Positions 1 to 8,220 of a DNA stretch of 44,529 nt are shown in pieces (the first letter of the stretch is position 1; each line of letters begins with the position of its first letter). The position numbers and the translations under genes are program-made. Under the pieces are notes generated by a model, which searched no databases, was not told the DNA's origin, and saw only the letters and a list, made by a program, of their open reading frames with translations. Source of the DNA: Chitinophagales bacterium (GTDB lineage Bacteria; Bacteroidota; Bacteroidia; Chitinophagales; Chitinophagaceae). The DNA is taken from assembly GCA_038199395.1 (NCBI GenBank), contig JBBPZJ010000291.1, positions 1 through 44,529 on the forward strand. The letters run 5' to 3'.

Positions 1-684
1 ATAATTATGATTACTTATAAAGCCACCAATAACAAATCTTTGATTGTCTAACCTAAATGGAAGAATAAATAATTTGTACTTCAACGATTCTACTTCCAAA
101 TCAAAGGCTGCAGGGTAAATAAGGAAAGAATTTTTCTTATAAATACTATCAATATTTACTGCATCATCAAGAGCAAGGTTTGCTGAGTTATAAATGATAG
201 TTCCTTTATTAGCAGGATTGTCTTTAAGACTGTCAACCTTTATTAGAATTACAGATTCGAAATTTATCGGGTGAAGTGCAACTATCTGTTGCATCAAATC
301 GGAAACAGTTGTTTTGGTAGAATCTGTAATTTTTTTACTAAGTATCTCAGACAATGAAGTGCCTGTAATTTTTTTAATTTTTCCAGGTGGAATTTTAATT
401 GCGTCAATCAATTTGTTTCTTACAGTCTTACTATCACCAGGTATTTTACTAAAGGCCAAAACTCCACGGCTCTTCATATCGGCAGTGTCAATCCCTTGCA
501 CCCGATCTTTGAAATTTTCTGCCATTTCTTTCAGAATCCTGAACGTACTCTTGTCATAGGCGGTTTGTTGTTGGGGTATGTAAACGAAGAAGTAGAGCGT
601 TAAAAATAAACCTAACAATACAACCAGTGCAGCAGATACAAATACTTTTCTAAGTATGGATGCTTTTTTGCTCTTTTCGGTCAT
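1..684 (-). CDS. Membrane protein, 3' part outside the window; N-terminal TM helix followed by a possible Cache/PAS-like extracytoplasmic domain
   Basis: Hand translation from the ATG at 684 gives 228 codons with no stop up to base 1: MTEKSKKASILRKVFVSAALVVLLGLFLTLYFFVYIPQQQ...YKLFILPFRLDNQRFVIGGFISNHNY. It is absent from the ORF track, presumably because it has no stop in the window. The Cache-like call is an inference from topology and terminal beta-strands. Confidence 0.75.
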   Translation of the reverse strand, partial: MTEKSKKASILRKVFVSAALVVLLGLFLTLYFFVYIPQQQTAYDKSTFRILKEMAENFKDRVQGIDTADMKSRGVLAFSKIPGDSKTVRNKLIDAIKIPPGKIKKITGTSLSEILSKKITDSTKTTVSDLMQQIVALHPINFESVILIKVDSLKDNPANKGTIIYNSANLALDDAVNIDSIYKKNSFLIYPAAFDLEVESLKYKLFILPFRLDNQRFVIGGFISNHNY

Positions 685-1300
685 GGCACTTCACTCATTT
701 ACAATAAGTTTAAATAGGGTAGTTGTTCGACAGGTATAACTGATTTGATGATTTGAAACCACCTAACTAAGAATGCAAACGGTTTTAAAGATAATATCAG
801 TAAACATTAATTGCAAGGGTTGACATCACATAGTTTTCATCATTGGCCAAAGAGTAAAAACAGAAATTAAATAAGTAAAACATCTTGCATACCCGTTTTA
901 CTGTTCGATTTCTTAATTCAATTCAAAGTTCGAAATTGTCGGAAGCAGGTATAAACGGATATAGTCAAATACCCTCAACAATCAAAAAAATAATTGCTAC
1001 GATCAGGATAGTACAGGATGCCAATTTTTTTTTAGTTCTACTTTTCCATACTTGTTTGGTGTTGCCGCAAAGTATAACCAGGTTTGTTTTCATACTCTTG
1101 CTGAACGAAAAACGATTGCCATGAATTTAAACTTCAAACTTCTATTTTTTGGTATAGATCTCTTTCATTACGTTAGAATTCTGCTCATCCTAAAAGTTAT
1201 GTTGATAAGTTATCCTTCGAAATAAATCAATGAGACTTTAAAAAAATGAAAATCCTTGTATATAAACTTTACTCTTTTCCACTGTATGCCATTGAATTGG

Positions 1301-1485
1301 CAGGGCTGTAGAATTCTAAGAAAAAAAGTAGCAAGCAAATTTATGAATGTGGATAATTTTGTAATTAACTAGCAAACAAAGTTTTATCTAAAATTAAAAT
1401 ATCAAAGAAACAACGATATGCTTTTTCACTGGATTGGACTAAATTGTATAGTTATCCACAGACAATTTAGAATTCTACAACCCTG
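1301..1485. mobile_element. MITE-like non-autonomous element or internally deleted IS remnant
   Basis: CAGGGCTGTAGAATTCTAA (1301-1319) matches the reverse complement of 1467-1485, CAGGGTTGTAGAATTCTAA, at 18/19 positions. There is no ORF inside and no clear target-site duplication. Confidence 0.6.
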
Positions 1486-1611
1486 TACATTGTCTATCTA
1501 TTAGCATGATTTTGGTGAAAGATAGTGTGTTTCAGAAAAAAGCGTTTTAAAGCAAACGCCAATAAATTTTGTAGACCTCGGCCTGGACGACAATAGTTTT
1601 CAAAAAAAAAT

Positions 1612-2637
1612 ATGGAGAAAGGAGATATAATAGTAATAGGAGCTTCTGCGGGAGGTGTAAATGCGCTGATTGCCTTTGTAAAGACTTTGCCCCAAAATTT
1701 TGATGCTTCTATTTTTGTAGTGCTGCACCTACATCCATCTACGCCGAGTAACCTTCCTGATATCCTTACTAATTTTGGTCCTCTTAAGGCTAATCACGCT
1801 ATAGACGGAGAAAAGATAAAATCAAAACACATTTACGTTGCTCCGCCTGATCATCACCTTCTTTTAGAGAATGGGCACGTTTTGGTAAGAAAAGGCCCTA
1901 AAGAAAATCGATTCCGTCCTTCTGTTGATGTTTTATTCAGGTCTGCTGCTTACAATTTTGGAACAAGGGTTATCGGTATTGTGCTTTCGGGCATGTTGAA
2001 TGATGGTACTTCCGGTATGTGGTCGATCAAACACGTGGGAGGATTATGTATCGTGCAAGACCCGAAAGATGCGCTGTACGAAAGTATGCCCTTAAATGCA
2101 ATGAACGAGGTGGAAGTAGATTATTCAGTTCCCGTAGCGAAAATGGGTGTGCTTCTACAAGAAATAATAAAGGAAAATGCACCGGAGATGCATGAAATTA
2201 CACCGGAGCAAATGGAGCTCATGAACATAGAAGTTGTCATAGCTTCTAACGGCAACGCTTTAGAGTTAGGGATTCTACATAAAGGGGAACTTACTCCTTT
2301 TACATGTTCCGAATGCCATGGAGCGCTTGTAAGCCTGAGTGAAGGCACAATGGTGCGATATCGTTGTCATACAGGACATGCATTTTCGGCAAGTACATTA
2401 TTAGACGGTGTTACCCAAAGCATTGAAGAGCAGCTATGGAGCACCATGCGCACTTTTGAAGAAGCGGTGATGCTGTTAGAACACATAGCAAACAACTTTA
2501 AAAAGGCAGGAAATGAAAGTGCAGCAAACGAATTCTTTGAAAAAGCTGAAGAAAGCAGAAAAAGATCGAAAGTATTGCATAAGTTGGTAAAAACGCAGGA
2601 GTTATTGAGTGAAGATGTAGTGGAAACAATGAAGTAA
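1612..2637 (+). CDS. cheB: Stand-alone CheB-type methylesterase with a C-terminal Cys/His metal-finger and helical domain
   Basis: Catalytic motifs GASAGG (Ser), VLHL (His) and LNDG (Asp), plus RPSVDVLFRSAA. No receiver domain. C-terminal FTCSECHG...YRCHTGH. Confidence 0.9.
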   Translation: MEKGDIIVIGASAGGVNALIAFVKTLPQNFDASIFVVLHLHPSTPSNLPDILTNFGPLKANHAIDGEKIKSKHIYVAPPDHHLLLENGHVLVRKGPKENRFRPSVDVLFRSAAYNFGTRVIGIVLSGMLNDGTSGMWSIKHVGGLCIVQDPKDALYESMPLNAMNEVEVDYSVPVAKMGVLLQEIIKENAPEMHEITPEQMELMNIEVVIASNGNALELGILHKGELTPFTCSECHGALVSLSEGTMVRYRCHTGHAFSASTLLDGVTQSIEEQLWSTMRTFEEAVMLLEHIANNFKKAGNESAANEFFEKAEESRKRSKVLHKLVKTQELLSEDVVETMK

Positions 2638-2731
2638 CGGCATAAAAATTTTGTTTGAACTGCAGTTAATGCTCACGCATCTAAAAAAAACACCCGGATA
2701 TAGAAATTTAGTAAAAGAATTTGAATGTAAA

Positions 2732-3758
2732 TCAGGAGGATGGCAAACCCATGTTTTCAACCTTGTCTTTCTGAGTGTAAATCAATAGATTTTTTAGTTT
2801 GGCAATATGCTCCTCCAGTTCATCAGCCTTCTGCTGGTGAGAAAGTGACAGCCTCAATAACCCTAATACTTTCTTCCGAACTTAGTTTTTTGTATATATT
2901 TTTCGTTCTTCCATCATTCGTAATGCAATCCATAGCGTAGTTTCAATGTTTTCATCCTGTTTTATCAACAAATCTTTTTCAGTATAAGCATGACCTATAT
3001 GACATCTAAATCTTTTTATTTCACTATTGGTAATATCCCATAAATCTCCTCCACAATCAGAACAGGAATATAGTGCCCGTTTTTTTAATTCTGAGACTGT
3101 TTCTATATTAGTTACAGACCTTTCGGCGATTTGCGCTTCCTTAAGCACATCATCCTGTGCTACATTTGTTTAGGTGCTGCATGTTCTATGATTGATACTA
3201 TTGTTTCACCCATTTTACTCAGGGGAACACGAAAATTCACTTCTATTGCATCTAAAACCGAAAGTAGCACGTCAGGGTACTCTGCCTGACTTGGGTCTTG
3301 AATTATACAATAACCTTCACTTCTTTTTATGGATGACATGCCCGCAGTTCCATCATTTAAGTAACCGGTTAAGATAATTCCAATTACACGATTTCCATAA
3401 TGGGCGGCTGCAGACCTGAATAAAACATCTATAGAAGGACGCCAAAGATTTTCCGGAGGCCCAAAATCCAAGGCCTGCTTTTCCGTCCTTATTAACAGGT
3501 GATTGTCTGGAGGTGCTGTATAAATTTTCCCGGCTTCTATTTCGTCCCCATCTTTAGGAATGATACATGTAAAGGCAGCGTACTTCTGCAGTCGATTTAT
3601 CAAAATTCTCCCAATCCTATTTTCGACCAATGAATAACAATAAATATTGCAGCGTCTAATTCCTCAGGTAACTGAGCAACTATTTCGCTTATTGCATTTA
3701 GTCCTCCCGCTGATGCCCCAATGATCATAATAAACACCGGTTTCCTGTTTTGTTGCAC
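2732..3758 (-). pseudogene. Frameshifted paralog of the CheB-like/metal-finger gene
   Basis: GTG at 3758 gives QQNRKPVFIMIIGASAGGLNAISEIVAQLPEELDAAIFIVIH. It continues in ORF 3160-3630 (RPSIDVLFRSAA, LNDG), then ORF 2882-3148 (CSDCGG...RCHIGH), then a tail KADELEEHIAKLKNLL...* ending at 2732. Total 1027 bp versus 1026 bp for the intact copy, with at least 3-4 frameshifts. Confidence 0.85.
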
Positions 3759-4217
3759 AGTTATTTATCTTAAATATTTTCAATAATGGAGCCTGCTGTT
3801 TTTATTTCACAGTGATACCAAACGCAAGTGTTTCGTTTTTTTTACTAATAAAAAGTGAACTTCTAAAGCGGTTTCGCGTTATAAGGTGAACAAAGGGCAT
3901 TTGAAGTTTCGATGGGGCGACGACAACGTAAGGTATACGATAGATAAAAGCTTCTAAAATAGAGGAATAGTTTTCTCTATTTTTAAATCTATTAACAGCC
4001 ATCCTGGAGCTTTCCTGGAGCTGTTAAAATAATTCAAAAGAGAAACAGACAGTTATTTAACTTATACTTATATGTAAAGAATAGATTTTTAGATGAAAGG
4101 AAATGTAGTAAGGAAGTTATTACACTTAAGTAAAACTGTTAATTAAATTGTCTCAAAAGTGTGTGGCATTATTTTATCACTAACAGGTCAGAAGATTTTT
4201 TAACTCAATAACTAAAA

Positions 4218-4418
4218 ATGTTTACAGATAATAGAAAAGAAGAAATGGAAATAACCGGAAGCCAGATAAAAGGTGTAGAAAAAGAACTTTTTACGAGTGT
4301 TGATACATCAGTGAAAAATGTGGAAGAAATACAGGAAAATGAAGATGTGAGTGACATTAATCAATCATTTTATTATAATCAGTCAACGTATAACCTGGAA
4401 GGAGAAAGCTTGTGGTAG
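4218..4418 (+). CDS. Small acidic hypothetical protein (66 aa)
   Basis: ATG preceded by an A-rich initiation region (AATAACTAAAA). Glu/Asp-rich with an aromatic C-terminus. No family recognised. Confidence 0.55.
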   Translation: MFTDNRKEEMEITGSQIKGVEKELFTSVDTSVKNVEEIQENEDVSDINQSFYYNQSTYNLEGESLW

Positions 4419-4540
4419 CCTGGGAGCTTTAGCAGCAGAAATAACATCTGCTGGTGCGAGAACGATAAATTTGGGGATGTTAATAGATGTGATGTGAAAG
4501 TTGAAAAGAAAATCGTAAAAACATACGGACGTCTTATCTC

Positions 4541-4750
4541 TTATATAGCTTCATCACTTTCCTTTTTAGTAGGAGTTCTAATGATCCATACGATATAGTA
4601 GACGGCAATCACTATTAGTAGTATACCTGTGACTGTACTTAATACTACTGCGGTTTTGCCCTTTGTTACTGAACTTACTATAATAAGTCCTACTATTAGG
4701 ATCAAAAACAGAATTTTTCGTTTAAAAACTTTCAGATATCTCATTTGCAT
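4541..4750 (-). CDS. Small two-TM membrane protein
   Basis: Two hydrophobic stretches with a basic N-terminus and a charged tail. Confidence 0.55.
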   Translation of the reverse strand: MQMRYLKVFKRKILFLILIVGLIIVSSVTKGKTAVVLSTVTGILLIVIAVYYIVWIIRTPTKKESDEAI

Positions 4751-4897
4751 ATTTTCAAAAATACCAAATTAATTGATGTTTCATTTGTTTCTTTGCCATG
4801 TGGAAAAGGCTTTGATGATTGAACGGCAATCTATTCAAACCCTTGTGAGTACGCAGGAACCTACGACTCGGAAAAATATAAATAGCTAAGAAAGAAA

Positions 4898-5500
4898 TTA
4901 TTTTCTTTCAATACTTAACGCTATTGTTATAAATTTAGTATGAAGTTCTAGCACTTGCGGAATAAGCAATGACTGTCCGTCATTTACAATTACAAAATCA
5001 CACAGCCTTATTTTGATTGCTTCATCTATCTGTTGCTTCATTCTTGACAAAACCTGATCTCTGCTTACTTTATCTCTTTCCATTACTCTTTTAATACGTA
5101 AGGATTGAGGAGCAGACACGCCGATAATATAATTGAGATGTGAAGCAGAACCTGCTTCAAACATTAAAGCTGCCTCCTTTATAACGTAGGGAGTAACTTG
5201 AGCTTTCATCCATAGGCTTGCCGCTTTAATTGTTGCCGGATGTACAAGCGCATTTAATACTTCCAATTTGGCAGGATTGCTAAAAACTATATTTGCCAGG
5301 TAAGGTCTGTTTAGCTTACCATCGGTATAGGCTGCATCTCCAAATGTTTTTTGAATGGATAGCATAAGTTCTTCATCAGCTTCCATAATCAGTTTGGCCT
5401 GCTTGTCTGCATCAAAAACAGGAATTCCTAAGACATTAAAAATGTTAGCTACTACCGACTTTCCGCTACCAATTCCGCCGGTCAATCCAATCTTTAGCAT
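4898..5500 (-). CDS. coaE: Dephospho-CoA kinase
   Basis: IGLTGGIGSGKS P-loop, DAD, and LNALVHP motifs. Confidence 0.97.
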   Translation of the reverse strand: MLKIGLTGGIGSGKSVVANIFNVLGIPVFDADKQAKLIMEADEELMLSIQKTFGDAAYTDGKLNRPYLANIVFSNPAKLEVLNALVHPATIKAASLWMKAQVTPYVIKEAALMFEAGSASHLNYIIGVSAPQSLRIKRVMERDKVSRDQVLSRMKQQIDEAIKIRLCDFVIVNDGQSLLIPQVLELHTKFITIALSIERK

Positions 5501-5541
5501 ATGCTAATTAGGTTCAGTAGTTGTTTTAATTTTTCTGAAAT

Positions 5542-5597
5542 AAAAAAATCCGGGCTGAAAAGTTGATTGTATCAACTAACAGCCAGGATCTTTTTTT
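5542..5597 (-). terminator. Stem-loop with T-tract after yajC
   Basis: Minus strand reads ATCCTGGCTG...CAGCCCGGAT followed by TTTTTT, with an inner GTTGAT/ATCAAC stem. Confidence 0.6.
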
Positions 5598-5618
5598 ACA
5601 GCTATTAAATTACTGATT

Positions 5619-5960
5619 TTATTTTGTTTCAGCTGCTGCTAAAGGTTTATTAAGAGCCTGACTCCACTCAAGACTAATTGCTGATTTTTCTATCTTAATA
5701 TAACTTCCCGGATTAACCTCTAATTGGATAGTAGTATTGTCGTCATTTACTTTGTAAATAGTTCCGTGAATACCGGCAATAGTTACAATTCTGTCTCCTT
5801 TTTTCAAATCGTTGATAAAGGTCTTTTGCATCTTAGCTTTTTTTGCTTGCGGACGAATCATAAATAACCAAAAAACAAGCATAATTGCGCCCATCATTAG
5901 TAACTGTACAGAACCGCCGTTTTTGGGATCGCCCATCAATAAATAAGAAAACTGAAGCAT
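5619..5960 (-). CDS. yajC: Preprotein translocase subunit YajC
   Basis: TM helix followed by FMIRPQ...LKKGDRIVTIAGIHG. Confidence 0.95.
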   Translation of the reverse strand: MLQFSYLLMGDPKNGGSVQLLMMGAIMLVFWLFMIRPQAKKAKMQKTFINDLKKGDRIVTIAGIHGTIYKVNDDNTTIQLEVNPGSYIKIEKSAISLEWSQALNKPLAAAETK

Positions 5961-5966
5961 CGGTAA

Positions 5967-6494
5967 TTAATTTTTAGTTGGTTTTAATAAAAGGTTTCTA
6001 TTTAATTCTTTTGATAAGCGTTTACCCATCTTTGCCGTGTCTATACTTTTTGCAGCAATACTGGCTGTTTCGTTTTTAATACTACCATAAAAGTATATAT
6101 AGTGGCTTTGCGTACCTGTTGTGTTGGTAGTTACATGAATGTTCTTTCTAAATTCTCCTATAGTTCCATTCGTTACGTTATAGGCTGCGGTAATGCATCC
6201 TTCGTCTCCGGGAGCAATAGGTTTTTTAGGGTAATCTGCAACAGTACAACCGCATCCCGGTTCAGCAGAAATGATAAAAAGGGGTTTTTTTCCGGTATTT
6301 CTGAAACGGAAGGTTATTTCAGTTTTTTTTCCCGCTTCAACAGCACCTATATCTTTCAAAGAATCTATCCATTGAATAGTAGTAAAATTTAAGGTGTCTT
6401 TAGCTAAAGCTGACACATCTTTTTGCTGATTATCCTGGTTTTGACAAGCTGTAAAACTGAAAAAAACAACTATGATAAAAAAGTATATTTTCAT
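5967..6494 (-). CDS. DUF1573 lipoprotein
   Basis: Lipobox FTAC and the motif F-N-G-PL-I...PGCGCT...PIAPG. Sits in the conserved Bacteroidota nusB-DUF1573-yajC order. Confidence 0.85.
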   Translation of the reverse strand: MKIYFFIIVVFFSFTACQNQDNQQKDVSALAKDTLNFTTIQWIDSLKDIGAVEAGKKTEITFRFRNTGKKPLFIISAEPGCGCTVADYPKKPIAPGDEGCITAAYNVTNGTIGEFRKNIHVTTNTTGTQSHYIYFYGSIKNETASIAAKSIDTAKMGKRLSKELNRNLLLKPTKN

Positions 6495-6509
6495 AAACGA
6501 ATGTCACTA

Positions 6510-7439
6510 CTACGCTTTTTGTTTGAAGTCTACCTTATGAATTTTGTCCTGGCTGGCAAGGTCTTTATGAATGTTGTCTAATATACCATTTACAAATTGC
6601 CCGCTTTGTGGCGTACTATAAGCCTTTGCCAAATCAATGTATTCATTGATCGTAACCTTGGTAGGAATGGTTTCAAAAAATAACAGCTCGCAAACTCCCA
6701 TTTCCATCAGTATCATGTCAAGAACAGCAATTCTTTCTGCATCCCAGTTTTTCAGCTTGGGCTTTATAAGTTCCAGTACGTATTCTCTTTTCTCTCTTAC
6801 AGTGCTTAAAAGCCCTTTTGCAAACTCCCATTTCTCTGATGATATCATCTCCTTAAGATCATAACTTGCCGGCTTTTGAAGGTAGTTTAGCATCAACTGG
6901 TTCATCATCTCCGAGTCATCATCCCAATTAGTAAAATGCTCTTCGACATGACTGGTAAAATCTTCGGAAGGAAGCATCAGATTGGTAAAAATGAAGACGA
7001 CGATTTCTTTTTCAGATTTTTTATCCCGGCTTTGTAACTGTATGTATTTGCTGTATGATTCGGTCTCTGTTAACTGATTATAGATTTTCCTAATCTGCTG
7101 CTGATTATCATCTATCAAATAAGGCTTTTCGTCTTCAACTGCTTTTTTAAATGACCTGTTTTCTAAGATTTTCCATAGAAATTCATTTCCTGACAATTTA
7201 GTATTTACGTTGAGATCCTGTGTACTGGGAAGGTTTTTAGACGCTCTCTTTAGTGCGTCTTTTTCGGAGTATCGGGCTACCTCTGACAAAATGTACAAAA
7301 GATATATAAATAACTGACCTGAAGCATCCACCTGTTTTTTTAATAATTTAACAGGCTCTGGAAGATTTTGTCCATCTGTAGTGTTTAATGTGTAAAGCGT
7401 TTGCATCACTTTGACTCTAATGTTTCTTCTACTGATCAT
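6510..7439 (-). CDS. nusB: Transcription antitermination factor NusB (long Bacteroidota form)
   Basis: MISRRNIRVKVMQTLY and C-terminal INEYIDLAKAYS...FVNGILD. Confidence 0.95.
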   Translation of the reverse strand: MISRRNIRVKVMQTLYTLNTTDGQNLPEPVKLLKKQVDASGQLFIYLLYILSEVARYSEKDALKRASKNLPSTQDLNVNTKLSGNEFLWKILENRSFKKAVEDEKPYLIDDNQQQIRKIYNQLTETESYSKYIQLQSRDKKSEKEIVVFIFTNLMLPSEDFTSHVEEHFTNWDDDSEMMNQLMLNYLQKPASYDLKEMISSEKWEFAKGLLSTVREKREYVLELIKPKLKNWDAERIAVLDMILMEMGVCELLFFETIPTKVTINEYIDLAKAYSTPQSGQFVNGILDNIHKDLASQDKIHKVDFKQKA

Positions 7440-7764
7440 TTCCTAAAGAACTTTATTGGGCAGCGAAGATAGCAATTAGGTACCTTTTTTAAACCCACCA
7501 ATAAAAAATTATGAAATTGAATGAAAGGATAACCGAGGTAAATGAGAATTTGACGTAATGACAGATTCTTATGCACTATCTCGTGGTTTGTTAGTAGGTT
7601 GCCCGGAGCCAGAACGTAATTTCTATATTTGAATCGCTTAAAATTGACTCTCATGGTGCGCCCGCTGATAAAGCCATGTCATCACTTGATTGCATTCCTG
7701 TCATTAATGCAAGGGGTGGGTTAAAACGTGACAGGAACTGCTAATTTGACTTTTTTATAACTAA

Positions 7765-7780
7765 TGGCACAATAGTCGAT
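7765..7780 (+). promoter_or_regulatory. Putative sigma54-like (-24/-12) promoter upstream of groES
   Basis: TGGCACAATAGTCGAT has a perfect -24 TGGCAC and GG-N10-GA spacing; the -12 deviates from TTGC. Confidence 0.45.
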
Positions 7781-7826
7781 GGATGAGTTCGGACCACAAT
7801 TTTTTACTAAAACAAAAAATAAAAGT

Positions 7827-8111
7827 ATGGCTGAACAGAATTTAAACATTACCCCTTTGCATGACAGGGTAATTGTAAAGCCCGCTGCGGCTGAAGAGAA
7901 AACTGCTGGTGGAATCATCATTCCTGATACAGCGAAAGAAAAACCTCAAAAAGGTTTAGTAGTTGCTGCAGGGCCAGGTAAAAAAGATGAGCCTGTAACT
8001 GTAAAAGTAGGTGATACCGTTTTGTATGGCAAATATGCGGGAACAGAAATTTCTGTAGAAGGTGGTGAATACCTCATCATGAGAGAAAGTGATATTCTCG
8101 CAATCGTCTAA
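7827..8111 (+). CDS. groES: Co-chaperonin GroES
   Basis: PLHDRVIVK...[16 protein letters not shown]. Start placed at ATG 7827 (MAEQNL) after an A-rich region, not at 7779. Confidence 0.98.
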   Translation: MAEQNLNITPLHDRVIVKPAAAEEKTAGGIIIPDTAKEKPQKGLVVAAGPGKKDEPVTVKVGDTVLYGKYAGTEISVEGGEYLIMRESDILAIV

Positions 8112-8220
8112 AAATGTGCTAATTTGAAAATGTGCTAATGTGCTAATAGAAGTACAATGCATCGTTTTCACTATTTCATTCTCAAATTTTCAAATCAATT
8201 AATTTTCAAATTGAATAATT
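8112..8220. repeat. Octamer-period repeats in the groES-groEL spacer, with partly complementary arms
   Basis: TGTGCTAA-TTTGAAAA-TGTGCTAA-TGTGCTAA, then TTTTCAAA twice plus degenerate copies (TTTTCAAA is the complement of TTTGAAAA). Confidence 0.6.

Noticed and set aside
885-1260. ORF 885-1124 and possible minus-strand gene remnant
   Set aside because: No recognisable motif; the minus-strand frames I read have several stops, so neither a CDS nor a pseudogene can be supported.
1348-1460. oriC suggested by two DnaA boxes
   Set aside because: Only two boxes, placed inside terminal inverted repeats, with no origin-associated genes nearby.
2305-2319. CSECH in CheB as a c-type heme site
   Set aside because: The protein has no export signal and the paralog reads CSDCG, so a metal finger fits better.
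4002-4022. TCCTGGAGCT direct repeat
   Set aside because: Only two 10-bp copies with no associated element.
7779-7826. Longer N-terminus for GroES given by the ORF track
   Set aside because: The extension is the A-rich initiation region; GroES homology begins at ATG 7827.
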